Notes: a model not told the origin generated them from the letters alone. A stretch of 64,000 nucleotides of DNA from Nitrospirota bacterium (GCA_963840455.1 CAWIYV010000010.1:160001-224000); one strand, 5' to 3'. Shown: positions 40,762 through 50,986, numbered from the stretch's first letter. Numbers and translations: made by a program.

Positions 40762-41649
40762 TCATTTCCCGAGGAATCTGCTCAGGCCATCCCGGAACCG
40801 TACCGGCTCGATGCCGAACACTTCCCGGATGTCGCGCATGCTACAGACATTGTCCTCCTGCAGCATGATGAGCTGGTCTGTGGTGACCGGTGGTTTCGAC
40901 AGAACGGTCTCGGCGACCTTGGCCATGGTCCTCATGAAGAACATGGGCATGTGCACCGTGGGCCTCTTGATGCCGAGCGCCGCGGCGATGGCCTTTGTCA
41001 CCTCCTCATAGGTGAGCTGCTCAGGTCCGCCGATCTCGTACATCTCGTTCAAATAGGATTCGCTCGTCGAGATCTTCTGGAGGCACTCATTCACGTCGTC
41101 GATGAAGATGGGCTGGATCTTGGACCTGCCAGAGCCGATGACCGGCAGGACCGGGGAGAGCCTGATCATCTCGGCCAGCCGGATGGTGAAGAGGTCGCCA
41201 GGGCCGTAGATGAGCGAGGGTCTGAGGATGGTAAAAGGAAGTCCGCTCGCCCGTACGAGCTCTTCGGCCTCCCATTTGGTCCGGTGATATTGGCTCTTCG
41301 CGTTCGGCCGGCTGCCGAGGGCGCTCTGGTAGATGAAGTGTCGGACGCCTACTTTCTTCGCCGTTTCAAGAAGGTTCCGCGTGCCGTCGACATGCACGCC
41401 TTTGAATGTGACACCCGGCGCTTCCTGGATAATGCCCACGAGATGGATGACCTTTTCGCATCCCTCCATCGCTGCTTCGAGCGACGACAGGTTGGAGATG
41501 TCTCCGTCAACGAGCTCTGCGCCGAGGTCCCGGAGCCGCGCGGCCTTCGCTGCGTTCCTCACCAGTGCCCGCACTGCGATGCCGTCCTTCTGCAGTCGCC
41601 TGACCAGATTTCTCCCGACGAAGCCGTTTGCACCAGTGACAAGGATCAT
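40762..41649 (-). CDS. NDUFA9-like NAD(P)-dependent SDR/epimerase
   Basis: VTGANGFVG, HLVGII, SALG, YHRTK, RPSLIYG and QPI. Confidence 0.9.
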   Translation of the reverse strand: MILVTGANGFVGRNLVRRLQKDGIAVRALVRNAAKAARLRDLGAELVDGDISNLSSLEAAMEGCEKVIHLVGIIQEAPGVTFKGVHVDGTRNLLETAKKVGVRHFIYQSALGSRPNAKSQYHRTKWEAEELVRASGLPFTILRPSLIYGPGDLFTIRLAEMIRLSPVLPVIGSGRSKIQPIFIDDVNECLQKISTSESYLNEMYEIGGPEQLTYEEVTKAIAAALGIKRPTVHMPMFFMRTMAKVAETVLSKPPVTTDQLIMLQEDNVCSMRDIREVFGIEPVRFRDGLSRFLGK

Positions 41650-41818
41650 GAATGACCTCCCGATGACTTCATTTTACTACGGGGACGCGGTGACACGGAG
41701 AAGCGCAAATACGCAGCCACGGATGAACACCGATGACACCTCAGAGCAGGCTACAGCGCTCGGTGAACGATCAATATGCCTCACTCCCCATGCCGCACTC
41801 CGAATTCCGCATTCGCCG

Positions 41819-44770
41819 TCACAGTTCCAGCGGCGCCCAGAGCCCGACATAGGCCTGCGCTTCGCCTTCCTGGTCCAGGCCCTTGGCGAACACGAACCGT
41901 ATTGTGAGCGGCAGATAGTAACCGAGCGTCATGTCCAGCCGCGCCTCGGCACCCATGCTCCGCCGGACGCCGTTCTCATGGAACGTGCCGTCCCAGGCAT
42001 TGCCTGCCTCGAAGAAGACGGCGCCATGCAGCTTCCGGTAGTAGAAAGGCTTGGTATCCCACCCCTTCTCCAGGAGCGAGATGGGAAAACGGTATTCCAG
42101 GCTCCCGAGCGCAGCCTTCTGCCCGCGCAGCACGTTGGTCGGGTAGCCTCGGAGGGTGACCGTCTGGTCGTCGAGGGAGAGCATGATATCTCCCGGGTTG
42201 TCGCCGCCGAGCTGGTAGGCGCCCTGCGCCGGCGCCTGGCCCGTTGAGGTCCCGCCAAAGGCGCGCACCAGCAGGACATGGTGTTTCCACGGCAGGTTCA
42301 GGTACTCGTGCCAATCAGCGGAATACTTCGTGAACTCAAAGTCGCTGCCCAAGGACCTGTCGAACCGCTCTGCGCCGACCTTGAAGGTCCTTCCCTGTTC
42401 GGGGCTGATGGAGAAGGCGTACCGCCTCGAGCTATTATAAAGGTAGCTCAACCGGCCTGACACCAGGTCGCCCTGCGCGGGCAGCGGGCCGCTATAGCCG
42501 GGCCAGGGCGGCAGGTCGGTAAGGTTGGAGACCTCCTTCCATTGATATCCGATGGTCAGCACGTGTTGGCTCGCGTTCTTCAGCAGCGGCACGATGAGCG
42601 ATGCTCCGATGGTCCTGTCGCGTTCAACGTAGTCCTTGGCACCCCTGGCGTCCTGCAGGAAATCACTGTAGGTGACGTCATTGTCCGCGGCGTGAAGGTG
42701 AAGGGTCGGATACATCCCATCGTAGAAATAGTCGATGCCGTACCAGATGCGGCCGTTCTTCGGGCCATAGAGCACCGTGGCGGTGTATTGGTGGCGCTGG
42801 ACCACGTCCTGGCCAAAGGTGAATGCACCCACCAGGGTCCCGCTTTCATAGCTGTACCCGAACCAGGGCAGCCAGAACCGGGGATAGATCGTAGAGGCCG
42901 GGCTGTAAGGCCGGGAAGATGTTTCGACCGCGTTCTCCGCGTACTGCACGGAAGGATATCGATCGACGTAGGGTTCCGCGGGCTTCCACGCCGAAGGCTC
43001 AAGACCCATGAGGTGGATGTCGTATCCCTTGGAGCTGTAGGACGCGAAGGCCAGCGTCTTGTTGTCCGGCGACGGTGAAGGCGCAAAGGCGCCGCCCAGA
43101 ACGTTCGTCACTTGCAAGAGCTGCTTCGTCCCAGGTTCGTAAGCGTAGATATTGAAGATGCCGCTCCGGTCGGATGAAAAGTAGAGATATTTGCCGTCAG
43201 CGCTCCAGGCAGGTCCGAGATCAACGGCCCGGTCGTGCGTTATGTCCTCGATGACCTTGCCCGCGGGGTCGAGAAGAATGATGTCCCGGTACCCGCCCGG
43301 ACGCCATATTCCTGCGGCGATGGTCTTCCCGTCAGGGCTCCACCGCGGTGTCTCGTACTGCTCAACGCTCCAGGGAGTAAGGGGAGCAATGTTCTTCTCC
43401 TCTGCCGGTCCCGTTCGGACCGTCGAAAGGTCCAGCATTGCCAACAGCGTCATGCCCATCCGGTTCATGACGAAGACAAGCGACCTGCCGTCCGGCGAGA
43501 GATGGGGATCGCGCGCCCGGAGCCCCTTCGTGAGCCGGACCTCCCGTTTCCTGGTCACATCAAAGGAATAGAGATCATCATAATAGTCCGTGTTCCGGAT
43601 GATCTCGATCTTGGTGTAATAGAGCCTCTTCCCGTCAGCGCTCCAGGAAAGCGCGGTCCCCGATGCAGAGGATGGGAAGATGTTCTCGGCGATCTTCTTC
43701 GCATTGCTCCCATCCGCGTCGGCCAGATAGATGCCGGGATATTCGTCGCCCTGGACCACACCGAAGGCGATCTTTGTTCCGTCCGGCGAGATTGCAGGAT
43801 TCGCGGTCACGAAGCCTTTGCGGGTAAGCGGCGTGGATGGCGTCAAGCCCTTTGACGAAAGCTCATCGCGCTGCTTTCCATATCTGTTCTCGAGCTCACG
43901 CTTCCATTCGCTCCAAAGCTGCTCGTAATTCTCCTGCAGGACTTTCTCGCCCGTGGAGCCTACCAGGAAGGGGAACTTTCTGCTGCTGTACAGGAGGCTC
44001 ACCTCGGCAAGCTTATCCCGTCCGTACTTGTCAGCGATGAACCGGGTGAAACCCTCGCCGAAAAGATAGGGCAGATCGCCGGCGGGCCAGGAATCAGGAA
44101 AGACCGAGGCCTGCCCGAGGTCGGGGAAGGCGTTCTCGAGCACCGCGGTGCGGATCTCCATCTCGGCGCCCGGCGAGCGGCCCCGGCCGCCTCCGGTCAG
44201 CTCGGTCTCCTCATAGGTCGCGAGGCCTTCGATCATCCACTCGGGCTGGAACAGGTTGGGGAAATAGATCCTGCCCAGGACTTTCTGCACCGTCTCGGGT
44301 CCGCCGTTCACCATGTCTAGGTGCAGCACGTGGGTGTACTCGTGGGTGATCAGGAGCCGGAGCCAGTCGTCGTAGGCGGTGAGGCCGAAGCCCGGACCGC
44401 CCGCAGGTTGGGTGAGGAAGAGGACGATCTGGTTGTAGGGAATGGGAGACGTATAGCCGTTCGCCTCATCCATGGCATCCACGAGCACGAGGCGGGTCTT
44501 GTCCTTCGGCTCCCACCTGATCTTCGGCACGAGCCGGCTGTGGACGTCCTCGGCGATGACCGCCGCCCGCTTCGCAATAGCCTCGCCGTCCTGGTGGTAG
44601 TGAATGAGGAAGTGCGGCGTCTCGAGCGTGGTCCAGACAAAGGAGGGGTCGAACTTGGCATACACAGCCCCGCCGCCCAGCGACAGGAGCAGGGCCGCTA
44701 TCCATGGAAGTTGCCTGATTGATCTGGAAAGGTTCATGAGTTTCGCATGAGAGATCAAGACGTGGGGCAA
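41819..44770 (-). CDS. Outer-membrane protein: Zn-peptidase-like N-domain + PD40/TolB beta-propeller + Omp85-type C-terminal barrel
   Basis: Signal peptide, HEYTH...EGLATYEE, repeated P.WSPDG, LRGYP, EYRFP and G.EAR. The start may be ATG 44738. Confidence 0.75.
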   Translation of the reverse strand: MPHVLISHAKLMNLSRSIRQLPWIAALLLSLGGGAVYAKFDPSFVWTTLETPHFLIHYHQDGEAIAKRAAVIAEDVHSRLVPKIRWEPKDKTRLVLVDAMDEANGYTSPIPYNQIVLFLTQPAGGPGFGLTAYDDWLRLLITHEYTHVLHLDMVNGGPETVQKVLGRIYFPNLFQPEWMIEGLATYEETELTGGGRGRSPGAEMEIRTAVLENAFPDLGQASVFPDSWPAGDLPYLFGEGFTRFIADKYGRDKLAEVSLLYSSRKFPFLVGSTGEKVLQENYEQLWSEWKRELENRYGKQRDELSSKGLTPSTPLTRKGFVTANPAISPDGTKIAFGVVQGDEYPGIYLADADGSNAKKIAENIFPSSASGTALSWSADGKRLYYTKIEIIRNTDYYDDLYSFDVTRKREVRLTKGLRARDPHLSPDGRSLVFVMNRMGMTLLAMLDLSTVRTGPAEEKNIAPLTPWSVEQYETPRWSPDGKTIAAGIWRPGGYRDIILLDPAGKVIEDITHDRAVDLGPAWSADGKYLYFSSDRSGIFNIYAYEPGTKQLLQVTNVLGGAFAPSPSPDNKTLAFASYSSKGYDIHLMGLEPSAWKPAEPYVDRYPSVQYAENAVETSSRPYSPASTIYPRFWLPWFGYSYESGTLVGAFTFGQDVVQRHQYTATVLYGPKNGRIWYGIDYFYDGMYPTLHLHAADNDVTYSDFLQDARGAKDYVERDRTIGASLIVPLLKNASQHVLTIGYQWKEVSNLTDLPPWPGYSGPLPAQGDLVSGRLSYLYNSSRRYAFSISPEQGRTFKVGAERFDRSLGSDFEFTKYSADWHEYLNLPWKHHVLLVRAFGGTSTGQAPAQGAYQLGGDNPGDIMLSLDDQTVTLRGYPTNVLRGQKAALGSLEYRFPISLLEKGWDTKPFYYRKLHGAVFFEAGNAWDGTFHENGVRRSMGAEARLDMTLGYYLPLTIRFVFAKGLDQEGEAQAYVGLWAPLEL

Positions 44771-45033
44771 TTATGGTATGCAACGAGGTTTTTGTCAAGG
44801 AACACAGGGCTCCACAGCGGTGCCACCAAAGGATGCCTCGAGCTTCCTCGAACAAATCCGGCTGCTCTCTCACGTTTTCCTTCGGACCTCGGCAGTCAAA
44901 AGGTCTCGATATCCAGGCTGGACAGTGACCGGCTCCGCAGCCCGCAGATCAGAATAGCCGGCAAGATGATCTTCCCTCAGGGGGGGTAATGCCGGGTCCT
45001 CGTGTCGATCCGGTTTGCGGGACCTGTCGGTGC

Positions 45034-45065
45034 AAAAAAAAGGGCTCCTTCAGGGAGCCCTTTTT
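45034..45065. terminator. Intrinsic terminator (bidirectional shape)
   Basis: A8-GGGCTCC-TTCAG-GGAGCCC-T5. Confidence 0.85.
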
Positions 45066-45083
45066 GAGAAGTGCTCGGTTTGC

Positions 45084-46301
45084 TTAAGGCGTCGGCGTCA
45101 AGGTAAAGTCTTTTATAACATCAGCAAGGGAGATATCCACATTCGCCGACTGGGTCTGGTAGCCGGCAGCGGATGCCTCGACGTCATACTGGCCTCCACT
45201 CCCGGAGGGTGAGGTAAATACGATCGGCAACGTACCCGTACCGTACTGCCCGAGCAGCGGCGCGGCTACAGGCAGTTCCAGCGAGTAGGAATTGGACAGC
45301 ACGATCGCCTGCGATTTCACCGTGACCGTCGGGCCGCCTCCCGTAAAGGTTTGCTTCGTGACCACATAAGCAATATCCGTTGTATTGGTCGGATTCGATG
45401 TCACCGAGCCGCTGATGGTGTGCATCGTGGAGGTCGGCATTGTGATCGGCGCGCCGCTGGTGCTCACCATGGTCACGATGGCCGTGCTCGTTGCGCTCGT
45501 CACGGGAACACCGGCAATGACCGCGGTCGCACGGCCGTCAGCAGTGATGACGACATCGTAGGTTCCGGCTGCCAGATGAGAGAGGAAGAACTCGCCGGTC
45601 TGCGGATTCGGCACCGTGGAGCGGATGACCGTACCGCTTACCTGTGACGAGACCATGACGTTGTTGTTCAGCAAGGCCCTATCGACAAAGCCATCGATCC
45701 CCGTGAGCACGGCGGGAAGTACGCGGATCACCGGCTTGAGCCCGTACGTTCCGTTTCCGCGTCTCACGATGGACTTCAACGCGTCGAAATCCAGCACAAG
45801 ATCGATTCGCTGCCCCGGAGCCACATCGAACTCGTTGATCAGTTTGATGCCGCTTTGCACCGCGCTTGGCGTGTCCATAGGGATTTCGGTCTTTGTCCCC
45901 GACAGGACGACGGAATTGGCGGGAATCGTTCCCGTGTTCGCAGATAAGACAAGACGCAGTTGCGTGTAGTGGCCTGCGGGCAATGATGTCTGGCCCAGGC
46001 TTTCGAGGACGCCATTGGTGAGGCTCAACAGGTTGATCTTCCGTGCCGGTTCGAGGGTGATGTCTGACCAGCCGGCGTCATTCTCGGAGGCCGTAGCGCT
46101 TTGATGCACACGCACTTTGCGGACGGTGACATTCACCGCGTCGAGGTTGGGGGCGGCCGCATCGGTCAGCGCAACGCTCAAAGTGCCTTGCGGCGAGGTG
46201 CCTTGCGACGAACCGGAAGAACTGCCACCTCCGCAACCTGTCGCGAAAATGACGAGTAATACCGTGAACCATAGAACGAAGATCTTCTTGTGTTCCTGCA
46301 T
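45084..46301 (-). CDS. DUF4382-like lipoprotein with C-terminal beta-sandwich domains
   Basis: Lipobox FATGC, a Ser/Gly linker, LTDA, INLLSLTNG, YTQLRLVL, SGIKL, LDFD and LKPVI. Confidence 0.8.
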   Translation of the reverse strand: MQEHKKIFVLWFTVLLVIFATGCGGGSSSGSSQGTSPQGTLSVALTDAAAPNLDAVNVTVRKVRVHQSATASENDAGWSDITLEPARKINLLSLTNGVLESLGQTSLPAGHYTQLRLVLSANTGTIPANSVVLSGTKTEIPMDTPSAVQSGIKLINEFDVAPGQRIDLVLDFDALKSIVRRGNGTYGLKPVIRVLPAVLTGIDGFVDRALLNNNVMVSSQVSGTVIRSTVPNPQTGEFFLSHLAAGTYDVVITADGRATAVIAGVPVTSATSTAIVTMVSTSGAPITMPTSTMHTISGSVTSNPTNTTDIAYVVTKQTFTGGGPTVTVKSQAIVLSNSYSLELPVAAPLLGQYGTGTLPIVFTSPSGSGGQYDVEASAAGYQTQSANVDISLADVIKDFTLTPTP

Positions 46302-46476
46302 ATCCGTATCCTCCTCTTTGACCAGCGTTTCGCTGGAAGCTTCAAGATGTTATCCGCGGTGAACTTTGCCTCCTACTTCCGGGACCGCCCTTGTTCGTCT
46401 TCTTGCTCCAGGAAACGAAACAATTCCGAACCTTCCTGCCGTTGCCGATGACCCGTATCACCATCACCGGCTTTAT

Positions 46477-46594
46477 GAAAAAAGAAGGCCGAGCTCGCCT
46501 CCGGTTCATCCTTTGGCAGCTCGGCCGTCTCGGTTTTCTAAGACCCGTCGCTTTCCGTCCCCGCCTCACGACGGGCTTGGCTTTATCATGAAGG
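46477..46594 (-). ncRNA. c-di-GMP-I (GEMM-I) riboswitch with overlapping terminator
   Basis: Minus strand GAUAAAG-CCAAG-CCCGUC-GUGA-GGCGGG-GACGG-AAAGC-GACGG-GUCU..AGAC-GGCCGAGCUGCC matches the GEMM-I layout. Downstream AGCUCGGCC plus a U run can pair with the aptamer 3' strand. Confidence 0.88.
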
Positions 46595-46859
46595 AGCAAC
46601 TATAAGAATAAATATAGCACTAAAGTAAGCGTTTGTCAGGTTGGAAAAAGAAATCATCGATGCATGCAAAAGTGCACAATTGCTGAAAAAGTAGTCGTTT
46701 ATTTGGATCACTCACTAACCGGGAAAGACCATGGGAAAGAGGAACAAAGCAGGTCATGGCAGGATGGGATGCTTCAACTCCGTCATGGGCCAGCGTTCCG
46801 AGAAGGCGATGAGGACGAGGCAGGATGCATTCATGATGCGCTCCAGCAGGCCGCGGGCA

Positions 46860-48437
46860 TCATTTCCGGTAATGGAGCTCAAACCGGAGCGGAATCCCCG
46901 AGGCGAGCTCCCTTGCAGCCTCTTCGATGTGCCTGTGCTCCTTCGGCGTATGGGTGACGCCCCGGAGGACCAGGCCGTCTCCGTCAGGCAGGACATCGAT
47001 GACCGGGATGAAGAAGGCGGGGTCCGTGGCGATTCCGGCCTTTACCCTGGCAGCGGCAACGCGAAGCCGCAGCCCAGCCTGCGCCTCCTCCGTAACGGTT
47101 CGATGTGCAAGGGCATCAATGACCGCCTTCACCTCGAGGTCAACAGACTGTCCGGCAACGGAAAAGACATGGTCGTACTCCGCCGGGTCGTCCCACCGGC
47201 CGCCGTAGATCGCATGAAGGAAACGGGACCGCTCGCTGTCCGTTTTTTCGCAAAGCCAGCGCGCCGTTTCCCGGTCCACACCTTCACGCTTCACGATGCG
47301 CTCGACTCGCGCATCGAGCGGAGCGGTGACCCGGACCCGGAAAGCATGGGGGACCCCCTTCAGAACGAAGTTCCCCCCCCGTCCCATGATGACCACACCG
47401 CCCCGTTGGGCGTGCTCGAGGATATGCCACTGCACCAGAGCGGCAAAACCCCGGAAGGACCAGTCATACTTCTCCCATACTGTCGGACAATGCTCGTCGA
47501 GGTCCTCCGCCCACTGCTCCCACTTCGGCCCGTCCTTCCGAATGTCCGCAAGGATGGCCTCCCGGTCTACGTAGTCGTAGCCAAGCTCTTTTGCTACTGC
47601 CTGTCCGATCTCCCTGCCTCCGCTCCCGAACTCGCGCGAAATGGTAAGCACTGCCCGTGGGACCTGCGGGTTCGCCGTCTTACCTATGCCTTGCACAACA
47701 CCCTCCTCTTTTTCCGTCCGGACCATCCAGCGCATCCAGAGCTTGCCCATGATAATGACGCCAGCGGCAAAGAAGATCTCTAGGGAATATTGTAGCACCC
47801 TGTTCGGGTGTTGGAGGTCCGGGGTCAGGAGGGATGCGGGCAGGAACCGCACCGTGAAGGGGTCGGTGATCATCATCTCGCCGCCCACCTTTCCGAGGAT
47901 CGCGGCGCCGATATAGATGATGACCGGGTATTTGTCCATAAGCAGGGACAGCAGGTTGCTCGTGAACACAATGAAGGGGATGCTGAGCCCGAGGCCGAAG
48001 AGCAGGAGGAACAGGTTGCCATGGGACGCGCCGCCCACGGCAAGCATATTGTCCAACGACATGGTGATGTCCGCAATGACGATGATTTTGATCGCCTGCC
48101 AGATGGTCGTCGCCTTGCGCTCATGATCGTCCTCCGGAGCGCCCTCGACGAACAGCTTCACGGCGATCCAGAGGATCAGGATGCCGCCGGCCAGCTTCAC
48201 ATAACTGACGTTCAGAAGCTGGGCGACAAAGAACGTGAGCACCACGCGGAGGAGCACCGCGGCGGCGGCACCGAAGAGAATGCCCTTCTTCCGCTGTTCG
48301 TGCGGAAGGGAGCGCACGGCCATGGCGATGACCACGGCATTGTCGCCGGCCAGGATAAGGTCAATGACGACGATGCTGAGCAGGGCCGACAGGAATGCCA
48401 GGTCGAAGCTGATGTGTCCGATCATGCCGAGGTCCAC
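46860..48437 (-). CDS. TerC/YjbE-family membrane protein fused to a cytidylate-kinase-like domain
   Basis: DLILAGDNAVVI and ADITMSLDN, followed by TISREFGSGGREIG, MGRGG and D..R..F...YG...DDP..YD. Confidence 0.8.
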   Translation of the reverse strand: MDLGMIGHISFDLAFLSALLSIVVIDLILAGDNAVVIAMAVRSLPHEQRKKGILFGAAAAVLLRVVLTFFVAQLLNVSYVKLAGGILILWIAVKLFVEGAPEDDHERKATTIWQAIKIIVIADITMSLDNMLAVGGASHGNLFLLLFGLGLSIPFIVFTSNLLSLLMDKYPVIIYIGAAILGKVGGEMMITDPFTVRFLPASLLTPDLQHPNRVLQYSLEIFFAAGVIIMGKLWMRWMVRTEKEEGVVQGIGKTANPQVPRAVLTISREFGSGGREIGQAVAKELGYDYVDREAILADIRKDGPKWEQWAEDLDEHCPTVWEKYDWSFRGFAALVQWHILEHAQRGGVVIMGRGGNFVLKGVPHAFRVRVTAPLDARVERIVKREGVDRETARWLCEKTDSERSRFLHAIYGGRWDDPAEYDHVFSVAGQSVDLEVKAVIDALAHRTVTEEAQAGLRLRVAAARVKAGIATDPAFFIPVIDVLPDGDGLVLRGVTHTPKEHRHIEEAARELASGIPLRFELHYRK

Positions 48438-48540
48438 GAGTACGCTCCCGGAGCCGATACGAAAAAGCCCTGGGCGGATTATCGGCCAGGGTTTCCCATT
48501 GTGTCAAGCATATATTTGTTCCGGGCGAATGCCCGGCGCT

Positions 48541-48813
48541 TCATTGCGCGGACTGCCGCATCGCTCCGAGGAGACGGCCATACTCGTCCCGGGCTGCGCT
48601 CCAGCGCTGCAGCGCCTCGAACGCCTGCTGCCATTCCCGGAGTTCGCCGGCGGCGGACAGAAGACCGTGATCCCGGCCGGGACCGAGGACCTCATCGGTC
48701 CTCACGCCGTGGCGGGCCTCCAGGCCGTCGAGCACCTTCCGGTATCTTTTCACATATCCCTGGCACACACCGAGCTCCCGGGACAGGGATATCTCGTATT
48801 CATCGGTATGCAT
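48541..48813 (-). CDS. Small hypothetical helical protein
   Basis: 90-aa ORF with a GGAGG RBS. Confidence 0.6.
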   Translation of the reverse strand: MHTDEYEISLSRELGVCQGYVKRYRKVLDGLEARHGVRTDEVLGPGRDHGLLSAAGELREWQQAFEALQRWSAARDEYGRLLGAMRQSAQ

Positions 48814-48899
48814 CGCGTATCCTCCGTGTCGCTGTCATCGGAAAAGAAACGCGGGAAGGCTGCTGCCTTCCCGCTCGGAACGCAGACCGGTGCGAACCT

Positions 48900-49061
48900 T
48901 TAATGGCCGCTCGGGAAGAACGTAGCGCTCACCCAGTACAGGATGATCAGCGACGCCACCCCGATGCCGATGCTCCACCTGATCAGCTGCATTTCCACCG
49001 GCAGGAGCGGCTCATATTCCATCTTTTTCAGTTCTTCTGATAATTTAGGCTTGTCAGCCAT
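48900..49061 (-). CDS. Small single-TM protein downstream of the YeiH-type exporter
   Basis: MADKPKLSEELKKMEYEPLLPVEMQLIRWSIGIGVASLIILYWVSATFFPSGH; AGGAGG RBS. Confidence 0.75.
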   Translation of the reverse strand: MADKPKLSEELKKMEYEPLLPVEMQLIRWSIGIGVASLIILYWVSATFFPSGH

Positions 49062-49084
49062 GTGGTATCCCTCCTGTGTGTGGT

Positions 49085-50986
49085 CTATCCTACCAGCGGC
49101 GGCTTCACGCCATGGAAGAAGAGCCATGAAATGAACAGGCCGATCCAGATGATGAACCCGAACAGCGCAACGACATACACGACCATCAGCTTGCCGATGC
49201 CTTCTTCCCAGAGCTTCTTGAAGTCGGAAACGATGCCGATGGTAAAGAAGGTGAACACGAAGAACAGCACCCGGAACACGTTACTTGAGCTGGTCGCCGT
49301 ACCCGCCGCCGCCATGGTCGCTTTGGGCCCCTTGATCGAGTCGCCGAGGGTCTTCAGACGGTCTTTTGCGGCCGCAACCTTGGCCTGCACCGCCGGGTCG
49401 GGTTTTGTCGATGCGAGCTGCTTTTCGGCATCGGCGATCTCCTGCTTCATTGCCTTCATCTCCTTGTCCGCCGCGGAATTCGGCTTCGGCTTTTGGTACT
49501 TGGCTTTCAGACCATCCAGTTTGGCCTTGGCAATGGTGATCTTCTCCTGCAGCGCGGCCTGGGCAGCCTGCGACGCGGACAGCTGCTTTTCCGCTGCGGC
49601 GACCTCTTGCCGTATGGCCTTCGACTCCTTGTCCACCGGGCTGATCGTCGTCGAGGCCGGCCAGCAGATCACCAGCAGAATGAAGAACGTGAGGGCATAG
49701 CCGATGACGAACTTGGGGAACCGGTACCAGATCTCGATAGGGCTGGCCTTTTGTCCCGGCTTGCATTCGATCTTCGCGCACCAGATGATGGCCAGTATGA
49801 ATGCCCAGATGCCGATAAAGATGTCGATGAACATCTTCACGGTCGTGGCCGTCATCGTCATCCAGCCTTCCTGATAATTGATGCCTGCCTCAAGCGACTT
49901 GGCGCGGATAAGGGCATCGGTGATCGCGCCGGAGGCCACGGCCCCACCGTCGGTCTTGACCGCGAGGCCCATCCAGGCGCCGGCTACCAGTGGTTCCTTC
50001 CAGAGGAAGGTCTGGGCAGCGAAGGGAAGGATGACCATCTCCACCACCGCAAAGATCACGACCAGCGACGAGACCATGATGGGCACTACCGGACGGGCCC
50101 GGATGGCGCCGCCCGTGGCGATAGCCGCGGACACGCCGCAGATCGAGATGCCCGAGGCGAGCGGCGCTGCCCATTCCCTGCTGAACTTGAAGTACTTCCG
50201 GGCCATGTAGTACACGACGGCCCAGTAGATCAGGTATGCCTCGATGATGGCGCAGAGACCGCGGAACATGATGTTACTTGCGAGCGTGAATGACTCTGCC
50301 GCCTTGAGACCCAAGGCCGCGCCCATGATGACGATGGCGGTCTTGATGTACAGCTCAGGCCGCGAGGCCTCCTTGAGCTTCTCGGAAATTTTCGGGAAGA
50401 AGTTCCCCACGATGAGACCGGCAATGAGCGCAATAATGAAGCCTGACTCTCCCGTCAGGCTGAGCGACCAGGGGATCTTGAACGCGCCGAGCTTGTCCTT
50501 GGTCGCGGCAATGTACGCATAGTGGCCGGCGAACCAGCAGGCATAGCTGGCAAAGAAAATGACTGTGAACCCGATCGCAAACTTCTTGACATCGGACCCC
50601 ATGAGCATTGCGCCGATGCTCATGATCGCAAGCATGGCAAGGTAGGTTAACAGGAGCGAGGCAAAGCCGGAGAGGCCGGCCTTCTCGTACTTGTCCCCGA
50701 CCTTGAGGCTTGCCGTGTCCTCCTTGACCATAACCGTTTCTTCTTTGCCGTCGGCCTTCTTGAGGGTCAGTTTCTTCCCGTCGATCTTGATGATCTCGCC
50801 CTTTACCGTCTGGTACGTCTTCGAGACGGGCGACATGGCCTTCGCAGGGTCCATCCATACCGAGGTGTTGATCCCCCATCCCAGGAAATCGTTGCCGCTG
50901 AAGGTAAACAAGGAAAGCACAAAAATTGCCAGACCGAGCCATAATGCCAGCCAGTCCTCACTCAGGCCCTTCGCTTTTTCCTCCAT
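49085..50986 (-). CDS. YeiH-like putative sulfate exporter family transporter
   Basis: SEDW, IKTAIVIMGA, SICGVSAAIA, GAWMG and RFPKFVIG; contains two soluble insertions. Confidence 0.8.
   Translation of the reverse strand: MEEKAKGLSEDWLALWLGLAIFVLSLFTFSGNDFLGWGINTSVWMDPAKAMSPVSKTYQTVKGEIIKIDGKKLTLKKADGKEETVMVKEDTASLKVGDKYEKAGLSGFASLLLTYLAMLAIMSIGAMLMGSDVKKFAIGFTVIFFASYACWFAGHYAYIAATKDKLGAFKIPWSLSLTGESGFIIALIAGLIVGNFFPKISEKLKEASRPELYIKTAIVIMGAALGLKAAESFTLASNIMFRGLCAIIEAYLIYWAVVYYMARKYFKFSREWAAPLASGISICGVSAAIATGGAIRARPVVPIMVSSLVVIFAVVEMVILPFAAQTFLWKEPLVAGAWMGLAVKTDGGAVASGAITDALIRAKSLEAGINYQEGWMTMTATTVKMFIDIFIGIWAFILAIIWCAKIECKPGQKASPIEIWYRFPKFVIGYALTFFILLVICWPASTTISPVDKESKAIRQEVAAAEKQLSASQAAQAALQEKITIAKAKLDGLKAKYQKPKPNSAADKEMKAMKQEIADAEKQLASTKPDPAVQAKVAAAKDRLKTLGDSIKGPKATMAAAGTATSSSNVFRVLFFVFTFFTIGIVSDFKKLWEEGIGKLMVVYVVALFGFIIWIGLFISWLFFHGVKPPLVG

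Noticed and set aside
48438-48540. yybP-ykoY Mn riboswitch upstream of the TerC gene
   Set aside because: The leader is too short and lacks recognisable motifs. It is explained by a TTGACA-18-GATAAT promoter and a simple hairpin.
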